Positions 28,968-38,842 of a DNA stretch of 64,000 nucleotides are shown in pieces. A program made the translations under genes and the position numbers. Below the pieces are notes generated by a model. It had not been told where the DNA came from. It made no database searches and saw nothing but the letters and a program-made list of their open reading frames with translations. The stretch lies in assembly GCA_031385045.1 (NCBI GenBank), contig JANNBC010000015.1:19665-83664 (forward strand), in the 5' to 3' direction. The stretch comes from a bacterium. GTDB taxonomy: Bacteria > Bdellovibrionota_C > UBA2361 > CALJRW01. Each line of letters begins with the position of its first letter. The first letter of the stretch is position 1.

Positions 28968-28977
28968 TAATACCTAC

Positions 28978-29010
28978 AGTGATACTAAGAGAAATCTCTT
29001 AGTATCACTC
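28978..29010. terminator. bidirectional intrinsic terminator (perfect 15-bp stem, 3-nt loop)
   Basis: AGTGATACTAAGAGA-aat-TCTCTTAGTATCACT between convergent genes. Confidence 0.6.
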
Positions 29011-29014
29011 CTTC

Positions 29015-30250
29015 CTAACTAAGAAAAGTTTTCTTAGGATGATTAATTCGAAGAAATATATAACCCACAACGATATAGGCAATCAGCATTACCTCGCTAT
29101 CTCCAAAACTATACTCAACAAGTCCTGCTACCATCCAAGCAAGAATTGCCGCCAAAGCAGTTAGGAGTAAAAGATCATTAGCAAGTTTCTCCCGCGTCCA
29201 AGTTTGATATCCAAGATATAGTAAGCTTAAAAAAAATGTACCAAATAGTACTAAGGATAGAACTCCACCCTCAACTAAAATATTTAGATAGTTACTATGA
29301 AAATGTTTTAAATTTTCAGGAATGATACTAGAGAAATCCTGTAAATGACGGCTATTAGCAAAGCCAATTCCTAAGGGGTAACGCCCTGCCAGCTCAACTC
29401 CAATTTCCCAGATATCATAACGTCCACCAGAAATTAAGAAATGATCAATTGAGTGGAGCAGCCTCTCCCGCATTGATTCAATGAAAACAAGTGGCAGAAT
29501 AAGTACTGGGCAAAAAACAAAAAGTAATTTGGGGCGATAAGCTAGGCACAAGCAAACACCAGCAACAGCAACTCCAAGTAATGGGCCCCGTTTCATATTT
29601 AAAATTAAGGCAGCAAAAATTAGCAGTAAGGCCAAACAGGTAGCAATAATCCAAGTCCGCGATCTTTTCTTTTGAGTTACTAAGGCTAAGCAGGCAAATG
29701 CTAAAAAAATGGAGATTGTGATTTGCCCAGACTCACTAACTGCACCAACAAATAGCTGATTAAACACAGTGGGATTAATAAACTCTAAGATTGAATGAAA
29801 GCTAGCGATTGCTTGCCCTGCAATTAGACAAAGAAAAGGACGTAATGCTCCAGACTTGAGTAAATGATAAGAGACCAGCATGGAAGAGGAATAAAAGCTT
29901 AGCTCTAATAGCTTACGGTAGCTTTTAAGGGGATCTAAACCAAAGGAAGCTGAGGCAAAGAGACTAAGGATTAAAAAGATCCAAAGATTTCCAAGCCGAG
30001 GGAATACTTCAAAAATTTCAGTTAGCTTTTTATTTATTATTAGATAAGTTAAGCCAGAGAGCATTAATGGGAAAAAGCTAACGTAAGCTAAGACTAGTTT
30101 TAATGGGATACAGAAAAGAAAGACACAGAGAAGATTAAAGCCATGGCGCTCAAATAAATTATTGTTTAAACTGATAATATTATTTTTATTTATCATTACC
30201 ACTGTGAAAAAGACTTTAATATTTTTAACACTATTACTAGTCACTTGCAA
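29015..30250 (-). CDS. O-antigen ligase (WaaL/Wzy_C)-like polytopic membrane protein
   Basis: About 10 TM segments with a large loop (…ESMRERLLHSIDHFLISGGRYDIWEIGVELAGRYPLGIGFANSRH…) typical of O-antigen-ligase-domain proteins. The 5' end overlaps ORF 30162..30665, so the start is probably an internal Met. Confidence 0.5.
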   Translation of the reverse strand: MQVTSNSVKNIKVFFTVVMINKNNIISLNNNLFERHGFNLLCVFLFCIPLKLVLAYVSFFPLMLSGLTYLIINKKLTEIFEVFPRLGNLWIFLILSLFASASFGLDPLKSYRKLLELSFYSSSMLVSYHLLKSGALRPFLCLIAGQAIASFHSILEFINPTVFNQLFVGAVSESGQITISIFLAFACLALVTQKKRSRTWIIATCLALLLIFAALILNMKRGPLLGVAVAGVCLCLAYRPKLLFVFCPVLILPLVFIESMRERLLHSIDHFLISGGRYDIWEIGVELAGRYPLGIGFANSRHLQDFSSIIPENLKHFHSNYLNILVEGGVLSLVLFGTFFLSLLYLGYQTWTREKLANDLLLLTALAAILAWMVAGLVEYSFGDSEVMLIAYIVVGYIFLRINHPKKTFLS

Positions 30251-30665
30251 AGCATCTGCGGCTGACCACTCCTACCTTGTTGGGGAGCATAGTAGCAAGC
30301 TTTTTCCATTAGTTGGCGCCCCTAAAGAGAAAATGAATAATAGCTTAACTGGTAAAAGCATTTGGACCTATAAAGATTTTAAAGTACTAATTAGAAAAGA
30401 CCAGGTAATTCAGGTTCTAGATTTAAATAAATCTAATATCCCGGCTAATCAACCAAAGATTACTAAAGCTATAGCTATTTCGGTTGAACCACATCTAGCT
30501 GAGTCTCCAACGAAAGAGGCTGACTCAAATATGTTAGGTGAAATTATGAAAGAATTAGAAACAAAAACTACAGCGGGTAAACCGGCAGCACCTGGGCAAG
30601 CTCCTAATCTCTTAAATCCTCAAGCAAATAGTCTACAAAATAATATGTTAAAGTTTAAGCAGTAA
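30162..30665 (+). CDS. hypothetical small secreted protein
   Basis: Signal peptide ...LLLVTCKASAADHSY. Low-complexity C-terminus. Confidence 0.3.
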   Translation: MFKLIILFLFIITTVKKTLIFLTLLLVTCKASAADHSYLVGEHSSKLFPLVGAPKEKMNNSLTGKSIWTYKDFKVLIRKDQVIQVLDLNKSNIPANQPKITKAIAISVEPHLAESPTKEADSNMLGEIMKELETKTTAGKPAAPGQAPNLLNPQANSLQNNMLKFKQ

Positions 30666-30743
30666 CCAATTCAGTTCGGTAATCCCTAATTGCTTTTGGT
30701 ACATCTGCCAACGCAAGTCAGATTCTATTAATTGATTATGTAT

Positions 30744-32237
30744 TCAATAATCAAATTTCAAATGATTATTATTCGCTTGATAAACTCTGGTTAACTTCTC
30801 ATTTTGAGTAGAGAAGTTTCTTTCATATTTATCAGTGAACACAATAGAAGTCTGTGGTACTTGTTGGTTGATTTCTAGGTATGGAGAAGGCCTAGTGATT
30901 GCCTGATTTAAGTCTTGAATAGCGTAAGTCTGATGGCCAACTAAACAGGCTAATAAGATCGACAGTGTTAGCAAACGAGAGAGCTTTTTGTGACGTCCAG
31001 AGTTAAGGTTTTTTAGGATGACAACTGTTAAATAAAAAATTGGTACTACGGAATAGTAACAAAAGGGATTAAACATTGGCTGGAAGTTAGAAATTATAAT
31101 AGCAAAAACTAAAGGTATTACGGGCAGAGCTTCGATCAATAAATTTGTTACCTGAGGTAATCGACTTCTTTTACGAAACATAAATACTAAGAGGGGTATT
31201 AGCGGAGTGAAGGTAAATACAATCCACTTACTTTTTTGAAGAATGAAATCAGCACTAAAAAGGTCATTGGGGCTAGCAATCCTAGCATCAGCACTAAACG
31301 TTGATAAAAATATGTGATTGGGCAAGATAATTGTATAAAGAAAAAAGGATAAGCTTGTAATTGCTCCAAACACTATCCAGGCTAGCGAATTTCTCCTTAT
31401 TTCCGGCACTTGTCGATAATTGCTAATAATTACTTTTAAACAAAAGCCAGCACTTACTAAAAACATTGTTTCTTTAAAGCAACAACTAATTGCAAGTAGC
31501 AAGATACTTAGACAATCTTTATTTTTATTTAGGGCATAGTAAGCACCAAGGAGAAATGGCAAAGCATAAATCTCATCACGGACTTCCCAGAGCAAGCTGA
31601 TCCGCACAGCTGGTAATAAAATAATTAACGTTAAGCCTAAATAACTAATTAACAGTGGATGTTTTTCTCTAATAATTAAATGAGCAAAAATTAGTGAGCT
31701 ACTAACTGCTAAGACATGAAAAAGGACTAAAATTACTTCAGGGGCATTCCAAATCTTATTGATTAATCCTGGCAGGTAGAGATAGGGTGAAAAGTGATGC
31801 GTTAAAAGATTTTGCCATCCGTAGTCGATTAGCGAAGTTTGAAGACCTAGTCCCTTACTAAAATTCAGTACAGCTTGAGAGAAAATTGCGAAATCAACCC
31901 CCTCCGCCCCCACTTTAATCCTAGCTAGTTGGATAATCAAAATATAAAGGGGAAATAAAATCAGTAAAGCTCTAATTAATTTAAGGTTACTTTTAATTGA
32001 AAGATGCTGAGGCAAATCATATTTTGCTCCTAGGAATAAGACGATGGCACTTAGGCATAGAATTGGAATAAATATTTGAAATTTGAAATCTAGGTAGTAA
32101 GCCAGAAGTAATAAACAGGGTAGGATCGTTTTAATTTTCACTTTATTTACAAGAATTAATCTTTGACACCAAGCGACACCAATGCTAGTGTGCATTTTAC
32201 ACACTATGAAAATAGAACATAAATATGAATTGTTCAA
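30744..32237 (-). CDS. hypothetical polytopic membrane protein (possible lipid-linked glycosyltransferase-type topology)
   Basis: 497 aa with more than 10 TM segments. No catalytic motif. Confidence 0.35.
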   Translation of the reverse strand: MNNSYLCSIFIVCKMHTSIGVAWCQRLILVNKVKIKTILPCLLLLAYYLDFKFQIFIPILCLSAIVLFLGAKYDLPQHLSIKSNLKLIRALLILFPLYILIIQLARIKVGAEGVDFAIFSQAVLNFSKGLGLQTSLIDYGWQNLLTHHFSPYLYLPGLINKIWNAPEVILVLFHVLAVSSSLIFAHLIIREKHPLLISYLGLTLIILLPAVRISLLWEVRDEIYALPFLLGAYYALNKNKDCLSILLLAISCCFKETMFLVSAGFCLKVIISNYRQVPEIRRNSLAWIVFGAITSLSFFLYTIILPNHIFLSTFSADARIASPNDLFSADFILQKSKWIVFTFTPLIPLLVFMFRKRSRLPQVTNLLIEALPVIPLVFAIIISNFQPMFNPFCYYSVVPIFYLTVVILKNLNSGRHKKLSRLLTLSILLACLVGHQTYAIQDLNQAITRPSPYLEINQQVPQTSIVFTDKYERNFSTQNEKLTRVYQANNNHLKFDY

Positions 32238-32325
32238 CTACTTATTATTGATCTTTTTGGTAGCGTATTAACTCTCAGTTAAATATGATCAGATACTGTG
32301 AATTTTCTAAGAGCACTTTGTTTGT

Positions 32326-33168
32326 TTGAAATTTAAGGAAGACCAATTGCCTGAATTATCAGAAAAGAAAACAAACAAATTACTAAAACTTATTGCCCGC
32401 CCCTTTGTCTCCTTTGCTCTCCGGCATGGGTTAAAGATTCAAGTTTTATCTGAGACAATTAAAATTAGCTTCCTTAATGAAGCAATTAGAATTTTAGAAG
32501 ACAAAGACGAAAATATTACGGTTGCCAAGCTGGCGGTGATGACAGGAATTCATCGTCGGGATATTAATCGTATCTATGTTGAAGATCGGCCTAAAACTAT
32601 TTCGATAGATCTAATTAGCAAGGTAATTGGAGAATGGACCTTAAATAAAAAATATCAAACAAAATCTGGTAAATACAAAGATTTAAGCTTTGAAGGAAGA
32701 GAGAGCGAGTTCACGCAATTAGTTCAAAAGGTCAGTCGTGAATTAAAACCAGGGATGATCTTATTTGAACTAGAAAGATCGGGGAATGTAGAAAGAAAAG
32801 GGAAACTATTAAAGTTAGTTAATAAAGCTTTTGTGAATAATAAAAATATTTCACAAAATTTTGAGATGCTTGCTGGTGACTTAGAAGATTTAATTTTATC
32901 TGTCGAGCAGAATAATCATGCGGAACAAGAGGATCTAAATCTTCATGCCAAAACTTTATTTGATAATATTCCAGAATCAGACCTGCCAAATCTTAAAAAG
33001 AAATTACTGCAACTAGGAAATAAATATCACACTGAAGTTCGTGAGTTATTAAGTAAACATGATCGTGATTTTAATCCAAAACACAAACCATCTGAACCTG
33101 CGGGACGCATTTCCTTCGGCACATTTAGTAATACCTTATATTTAGAAAATAAAAAAAATGAGAAATAA
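32326..33168 (+). CDS. hypothetical protein
   Basis: 280 aa, charged. 11-nt overlap with the downstream lipoprotein gene. Confidence 0.35.
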   Translation: MKFKEDQLPELSEKKTNKLLKLIARPFVSFALRHGLKIQVLSETIKISFLNEAIRILEDKDENITVAKLAVMTGIHRRDINRIYVEDRPKTISIDLISKVIGEWTLNKKYQTKSGKYKDLSFEGRESEFTQLVQKVSRELKPGMILFELERSGNVERKGKLLKLVNKAFVNNKNISQNFEMLAGDLEDLILSVEQNNHAEQEDLNLHAKTLFDNIPESDLPNLKKKLLQLGNKYHTEVRELLSKHDRDFNPKHKPSEPAGRISFGTFSNTLYLENKKNEK

Positions 33169-33913
33169 ACTTACTTTATTAATTCTTCTAACTATTACTG
33201 GAGGCTTATTGTCTTGCGCTGGAGGCGGAACATCCGGGACGGGATTAGCATCTGCTCGGATCCTTTCGGGCACCGTCACGCAGTCTGAGGGTGAGCCAGT
33301 AGAAAATGCTGTTGTCACAATTCAAGAAACTGGTGAATCCGATTTAACTGATGCCAATGGTGAGTTTGAAATTGGAACTGAACTAGTTACAGATACTTAT
33401 AATATCCAAATTGAGGGAAGCGACTTAGACACAATGGTGACTGTGGAGACAATCTCTGATGATACTCAAAACCTGCAAGTAGATATTAATTTAAACAATA
33501 GTGATATTAATACCTCTTCAACGCTAAGCACAATTGAAGTCTGGGCAAAGGTTGTTGGTTTTTGTGATCCGTTATTTGAAAACAATCCAAGAATTCGTCA
33601 GTCGGTTGCTGTTCCAGAAAACTCTATTTGCACACTGAAATTTTATGCCAGCAGTAACAATCAAAAATTAGAACGAGTTCCTGCCATTTTAGAGGTTAGT
33701 AGCTGTGATGGACTTAACTGGCAAGAGGTGGCAACTGGGACTACTGGCGTTGGGAATCGAGCAGGAGTTGGCCAAATACCTTTTGCCTTTATCGACGATG
33801 CTGATCATTGTTTGTATCGTCTACAAGCACCGGTGGATGTTGCAAACGTAAGACCAGTAGTAGTTTATATTGATACGTTTACTTATCAGAATTATCTGTT
33901 GGCTTTGCGATAA
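33158..33913 (+). CDS. lipoprotein with carboxypeptidase-regulatory-like beta-sandwich
   Basis: Lipobox LLSC. SGTVTQSEGEPVENAVVTIQETGESDLTDANGEFEI fits a CarbopepD_reg-like fold. Confidence 0.4.
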   Translation: MRNKLTLLILLTITGGLLSCAGGGTSGTGLASARILSGTVTQSEGEPVENAVVTIQETGESDLTDANGEFEIGTELVTDTYNIQIEGSDLDTMVTVETISDDTQNLQVDINLNNSDINTSSTLSTIEVWAKVVGFCDPLFENNPRIRQSVAVPENSICTLKFYASSNNQKLERVPAILEVSSCDGLNWQEVATGTTGVGNRAGVGQIPFAFIDDADHCLYRLQAPVDVANVRPVVVYIDTFTYQNYLLALR

Positions 33914-33931
33914 CAGCCTTCACTGACTTGA

Positions 33932-33964
33932 GAGAGCTTAAGAAACCACGACTCCTAAGCTCTC
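33932..33964. terminator. bidirectional terminator hairpin between convergent genes
   Basis: GAGAGCTTAAG-N12-CTAAGCTCTC. Confidence 0.45.
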
Positions 33965-33981
33965 ATCAATTAATTTCCAAT

Positions 33982-35094
33982 TTAGCGTTGAGTTAATCTT
34001 TGTAAAATTGCTAAATCTTTGCGCACATCCCTAGTTAAAACAAAGAGATTCTTTTGAATCGCTCCTAGCTCAGAGAACTTAGATGCTGAGTTAATCCCTG
34101 CTTGTAATTTATCGGCATCAAGTCCATCAGGGGTCTCGGTTGGACTAAGATTAATACTAATCGTGTTCTTAATTGGTAATGTTTTATAGATGCGATAAAG
34201 CGATTGTCGCTTAGTAAGCAATTGATTGTAACTTGCCAAATCACCATTAAGCTTATTTTTTAAATGATCAAAAGCAGAACTTCGTTTTTCTGTTGGCTCA
34301 GAGGCAAGACTGACCATTTGAGAACTTGGAGCACTAGCAACAAGTAATGTTTTCTCTACTGGCTTGGCACTTAGCGCAATTTGTAACCGCTGAACTTCTT
34401 GTTCCAGGCTAGAAATTTTATTTGTGGCCTCAGATAATTGAGAATTGTTTTTACTCAAGTCAGCTCCACGATTCATTGCTAAGTTTTCGTACTCACGTAG
34501 CTCTTGATCCTTAGCCTCTAGTCTTGTTTGTAATCTAGCAACTTGTTGCCTAGCATCTTGCAGGGCTTGTTGATAATTATCACTAGAAGAATTTTCTGCT
34601 AATTCATAATTCTTAATTACCTTTTCTTTGTCAGAAAGATCTTCTTGCAGACTAATTAGACGTTTATCTGCCTGCTTAATTTGTAACTTGTAGGAATCTT
34701 CCACATCGCGACAAGAGCACTCCGGGGCTACAGGACACTCGCGTTCCTCAGGACATTTTAAACTAACAGTTTGTGGACAGGCCTCATGTTCCACTGCCGG
34801 GCAATCACAGCTTGGACAGGCAGCTTGATTTTTAGCCTTCATCTCAGCCATTAAGTTGGTCTCAGAGAACTCACTATCTATAGCTTTAAACTTTTGTTCA
34901 TTATTAATGGCAATGATCTTATTTTGAAGCTCTTCCACTTTTAGCTCCAATTCAGCAACATAATCGACTAGTTGGTACCCTTGGTCATCAACCCGATAAG
35001 CGCGTCCATCTGGCAGGCGTCCATTATCATCACTATCTTCAGCGAAAAGCGGGCAAGCAAGGAGCAGGAGTAAGCAGAAAACTAATTTTTTCAT
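33982..35094 (-). CDS. secreted coiled-coil protein with Cys-rich module
   Basis: Signal peptide, long heptad regions, and the cluster ACPSCDCPAVEHEACPQTVSLKCPEERECPVAPECSCRD. Confidence 0.45.
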   Translation of the reverse strand: MKKLVFCLLLLLACPLFAEDSDDNGRLPDGRAYRVDDQGYQLVDYVAELELKVEELQNKIIAINNEQKFKAIDSEFSETNLMAEMKAKNQAACPSCDCPAVEHEACPQTVSLKCPEERECPVAPECSCRDVEDSYKLQIKQADKRLISLQEDLSDKEKVIKNYELAENSSSDNYQQALQDARQQVARLQTRLEAKDQELREYENLAMNRGADLSKNNSQLSEATNKISSLEQEVQRLQIALSAKPVEKTLLVASAPSSQMVSLASEPTEKRSSAFDHLKNKLNGDLASYNQLLTKRQSLYRIYKTLPIKNTISINLSPTETPDGLDADKLQAGINSASKFSELGAIQKNLFVLTRDVRKDLAILQRLTQR

Positions 35095-35218
35095 TTTTAT
35101 AGTTTAGTAAAAATTTAAGTTGAAATTCGTCTAATACTGTAGTGTTGAGCTGATTCACATTGGAACAGGCTGGAAGCAACACTATACAATTTGTCCTGAA
35201 TTTTATAGCATATTCTCA

Positions 35219-36052
35219 ATGAAATTGAAGATTAAGTTCTCGAAAAAAACCACTTTTATTTGCCTAGTTCTAATTATTGCCATGCTCCGAGCATCTTATT
35301 GGCAATGGGAAAGGCATTTAGCAAAAATAGAATACTTGCAGGTCTTAGCGGAACGCCTAGCAGCGACTCCAATTAATTTTAACGAGCTCGTTAAATCCAA
35401 TCCGAACTGGGAAGATTATTCTAACCATCGGGTTTTGTTAGAAGGAAACTATGATTTTTCAAATGAAATTGTCATTGCCAATCGTCGCCTTGATGATACC
35501 CCCGGGAAACACGTTATCACTCCACTAAAATTAAAAGATCAGACTATCAGCGTTTTAGTAAATCGTGGATTTTTGCCACTTAGTGTTAGCCAGCTTAAGG
35601 ACCGAGTTGCCTTTCAAAATCCTGCGGAACAAATGATTATTGGAATTATTAAACCATCATTAAAGCGGACATTTTTCTTACAACCGGAAGATCCTGTAGT
35701 TAGCATTAACAAGAAAGATGATAATTGGCTAAGAGTTAATATTGAGGCAATCAGTAAACAAATCGAATATCCAATTTTACCAATTTATGTTGATAAACTT
35801 TCGGCCGAACATGAGATTGATATTGAAAAAGATTTAATCAAAGCAGGCTCTGATAAAACAGACATGCTAGTAATGCCTAGTCAGAAAACCAAAGTTTCGA
35901 CTGGTAGTTTAAAAGCTGATGTGTCCTACCCTATTCCCGATCCTGATAGAGTTATGTCAGCCGGCCGACATCTTGGGTACGTCTTTGAATGGGCTTTTAT
36001 GGCGCTGTTAACTTTTTTAATTGGTTTAGTCATTCAACTTAAAAGACATTAA
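35219..36052 (+). CDS. SURF1-family cytochrome oxidase assembly protein (likely)
   Basis: N- and C-terminal TM helices. YWQWERHLAK after the first TM, and VNRGFLP, resemble SURF1 signatures. Confidence 0.5.
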   Translation: MKLKIKFSKKTTFICLVLIIAMLRASYWQWERHLAKIEYLQVLAERLAATPINFNELVKSNPNWEDYSNHRVLLEGNYDFSNEIVIANRRLDDTPGKHVITPLKLKDQTISVLVNRGFLPLSVSQLKDRVAFQNPAEQMIIGIIKPSLKRTFFLQPEDPVVSINKKDDNWLRVNIEAISKQIEYPILPIYVDKLSAEHEIDIEKDLIKAGSDKTDMLVMPSQKTKVSTGSLKADVSYPIPDPDRVMSAGRHLGYVFEWAFMALLTFLIGLVIQLKRH

Positions 36053-36080
36053 GTGGTTTATGGCGCTTATTAGTTTCCGA

Positions 36081-36138
36081 CTATAATAGCATCTATCCCA
36101 GAATAGTCTTGACTATTCTGGGATAGATGCTATTATAG
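36081..36138. repeat. perfect 28-bp inverted repeat (58-bp palindromic element)
   Basis: CTATAATAGCATCTATCCCAGAATAGTC-tt-GACTATTCTGGGATAGATGCTATTATAG, ending 4 bp before the ATG at 36143. Confidence 0.8.
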
Positions 36139-36142
36139 CCAA

Positions 36143-37291
36143 ATGACTCAGGACTCAAAAAATAAGATCTTTAGGCGTAAAGTTCAGCCATTTATACTAA
36201 AAGACATAGATACCAAAATTGTCTTACTCAGTGGCCCAAGACAAGCTGGGAAAACAACCCTGACTAAATCCTTAACTAAAAATTACGAATATCTTAATTA
36301 TGATGCGAGTAAAGACCGTCAAGTTATTAAGGAAGAATCATGGTCTCGCGATAAAGAGTTAGTAATCTTTGATGAATTACATAAGATGAAAAACTGGAAA
36401 CGTTGGATTAAAGGGATCTACGATACAGAAGGATTAAACCCAAAGATTATAGTCACAGGAAGTGCCCAGCTAGATATTACAAAAAAGATGGGAGATTCGT
36501 TAGCTGGTCGATACTTTTTATATCGACTACACCCTTTAACATTACGTGAGCTCAAGGGCACAGCAAATCTAGATGATATTTTCAAGCGTCTGCTTAATCA
36601 AGGAGGATTTCCTGAACCATATTTTTCCACTGAAAAATATTTTTATGATCGCTGGAAAAAGACTCACTTGGATATTATCCTTAGACAGGATTTGCTTGAT
36701 ATTGAAAGTATTAAAAGGATTAAGGACATCGAAATATTAATTGATTTACTGAGACAACGAGTCGGATCACTTATTTCCTATCAATCACTGGCAGAGGATC
36801 TACAAGTAGATCCAACGACTGTAAAACGTTGGTTAATACTATTAGAGAACCTATTTGTGATCTTTAGAGTTTCTCCTTGGACTAAAAATATTGCTCGCTC
36901 GATTAGCAAGGCTGGAAAATATTATTTTTATGATACAGGACAAGTTGTTGGAGAAGATTCCATTAAATTTGAAAATTTAGTTGCCAATGAACTATTAGCA
37001 GCAATTAGTATGGAACAAGATATTAAGGGTAGAAATCTTAATTTACACTACCTGAGAAACAAAGATGGATATGAAATTGATTTTGCAATTATTGAAAATG
37101 GTAAATTAACCCAAGCAATTGAAGCTAAATGGGGCGAGGATCAGCCAAGTAAATCTTTCTTAAAACTGTGCTCTAAAAATGAAAAAATTAAAGCGATACA
37201 AGTTGTTGCTGATTTAAATCGTGAAAAAGATTTCCCATTTGGAGTTCAAGTTGTCAAAGCAAGCAAATGGCTTAGTAATTTAGAACTATAG
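36143..37291 (+). CDS. AAA+ ATPase, COG1373/DUF4143-type (paralog 2)
   Basis: Walker A SGPRQAGKTT, Walker B VIFDELHK, ...VTGSA...GDSLAGRY. Confidence 0.75.
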   Translation: MTQDSKNKIFRRKVQPFILKDIDTKIVLLSGPRQAGKTTLTKSLTKNYEYLNYDASKDRQVIKEESWSRDKELVIFDELHKMKNWKRWIKGIYDTEGLNPKIIVTGSAQLDITKKMGDSLAGRYFLYRLHPLTLRELKGTANLDDIFKRLLNQGGFPEPYFSTEKYFYDRWKKTHLDIILRQDLLDIESIKRIKDIEILIDLLRQRVGSLISYQSLAEDLQVDPTTVKRWLILLENLFVIFRVSPWTKNIARSISKAGKYYFYDTGQVVGEDSIKFENLVANELLAAISMEQDIKGRNLNLHYLRNKDGYEIDFAIIENGKLTQAIEAKWGEDQPSKSFLKLCSKNEKIKAIQVVADLNREKDFPFGVQVVKASKWLSNLEL

Positions 37292-38149
37292 CCAATCTGT
37301 CCCTTTAAATTTAATTATATCTCCAAAAGTATCAAGCAATAATTGATTACTAACTTGTTGATTACCAAGAAGAGTATGCCAACCTCGAGTTTTTGCCTCT
37401 TCGTAAGAAATTGATTTAGGGTAAGTGAACTGATATCTCTGCTGCAGGCTGGCAATTAAATCTTTAGTTTTTAGTGGAACTCCATCAGCGATATTAATAG
37501 CCTTAGGTAATTTTTGATTTAAATCTAGAGTACGTAAAACTACTTCCACTAAATCTTCAATGTGAATTCGATTCGAATATCTTTCTCCCTGATCAATTAA
37601 TGGGTAAGTCCCTTGAAGTAAACTAACTTTAGGGTTATGAAAACCTGATGTGATTCCAGCGATTCTTAAAGCACAGACATCAACCGCTAATTTTTGATAA
37701 AGCTCTTCTGATTTAAGTCTAGCCAGGCCTCTGACACTAAGTGGATTTAGCGGAGAATCCTCGGTAACAAGCTCTCCTGCAGTGGAACCATAAACTCCCG
37801 TGGTACTTAAATAGATTAATCTTCTTAGGGGATAATTCTTTAATACCGAGACTAGATTTGCGACTCCAGATAAAGATTCATCCAGACTAGATTTATTATC
37901 TGTAAATATTGGAGGAACAGAATCTACAATTACTTCTAAGCTGGGATAATGCTGGAAAAATAATTTTAAAGTATTAGCATCTAGAATATCTAACTTAAAA
38001 GCTTGATAACCAGCATCCTTAAAAATCTGTATTTGCTCTTCGCGACGAGATGTAATGATAAATTGATCTCGATACTCTGCAGTTGTATGAAGTTTTTTTG
38101 CAAGTAAGGATAGGACATTGCCACCTCCTAATAAAAGTATCTTTGCCAT
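37286..38149 (-). CDS. NAD(P)-binding Rossmann-fold epimerase/dehydratase-like protein
   Basis: N-terminal Rossmann-type glycine motif KILLLGGGNVLSLLAKKL. 287 aa. Shares SDR-like length and position with atypical-SDR (NmrA-like) proteins. Classical catalytic motifs not verified. Confidence 0.45.
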   Translation of the reverse strand: MAKILLLGGGNVLSLLAKKLHTTAEYRDQFIITSRREEQIQIFKDAGYQAFKLDILDANTLKLFFQHYPSLEVIVDSVPPIFTDNKSSLDESLSGVANLVSVLKNYPLRRLIYLSTTGVYGSTAGELVTEDSPLNPLSVRGLARLKSEELYQKLAVDVCALRIAGITSGFHNPKVSLLQGTYPLIDQGERYSNRIHIEDLVEVVLRTLDLNQKLPKAINIADGVPLKTKDLIASLQQRYQFTYPKSISYEEAKTRGWHTLLGNQQVSNQLLLDTFGDIIKFKGTDWL

Positions 38150-38161
38150 AAAAATATCTTT

Positions 38162-38830
38162 TTAGGGACTAAGACGATAAGTTTCCCAATTCTTATCTTT
38201 TAATTCGAAAACTAAACGGTCATGTAATCGACTTCTACGTCCCTGCCAGAATTCATAATAAAAAGGTGTGATTTGATAACCACCCCAATAGTCAGGGCGA
38301 GTTACTTTTTTAATTAATGATTTACGCTCTAGTTCTCGCATTTGATCTTCGATTATTTGTCGACTTTCAATCTTAGTACTTTGCTTAGAAGCTAATGCTC
38401 CAAGTCTAGAAACAAAAGGGCGTGACTCGAAGTAGGTCTCTGATATCTCGACAGGAGTCTTTTCAATTGTTGCTTGAATCCTAACTTGGCGTTCTAGTTG
38501 TGGCCAAAAAAACAAGAGCGAGACCTTATTGTTATTAGCTATCTCTTTGGCTTTCTGACTATCATAATTACTAAAGAAAATAAGTTTATCTTCTTGGATT
38601 GCTTTTAAAAGTACTGTGCGCAAATTTGGTTGATTACCCTGATCAGAAGTTGCTAGACTAAAAGCATTTGGCTCTGGTAAGCCAGCATCATAGGCTTCTT
38701 CTAACCAGCTATAAAATTGCTCCATTGGATTTGCTAGAAGTTTATCTTCCGTAAGAGTATTAGCAGTGTAGTCCTTGCGAATAGATTCAAATAACTGATC
38801 AATAAAGATAATAGTTTTATTTTGGTCCAT
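38162..38830 (-). CDS. pdxH: pyridoxamine 5'-phosphate oxidase
   Basis: ...LLFFWPQLERQVRI...YFESRP..S..GA..S.QS..I.SR...WGGYQI.P...EFWQG..SRLHDR matches the PdxH C-terminal half almost residue for residue. Confidence 0.9.
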   Translation of the reverse strand: MDQNKTIIFIDQLFESIRKDYTANTLTEDKLLANPMEQFYSWLEEAYDAGLPEPNAFSLATSDQGNQPNLRTVLLKAIQEDKLIFFSNYDSQKAKEIANNNKVSLLFFWPQLERQVRIQATIEKTPVEISETYFESRPFVSRLGALASKQSTKIESRQIIEDQMRELERKSLIKKVTRPDYWGGYQITPFYYEFWQGRRSRLHDRLVFELKDKNWETYRLSP

Positions 38831-38842
38831 AAAGAATTGAAA

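Noticed and set aside
30162-30250. 89-bp overlap between the O-antigen-ligase-like gene and ORF 30162..30665 as a real overlapping gene pair
   Set aside because: More likely an over-extended 5' end of the ligase ORF. Its first ~30 codons are low-complexity with internal Met candidates downstream. I cannot decide without RBS or expression data.
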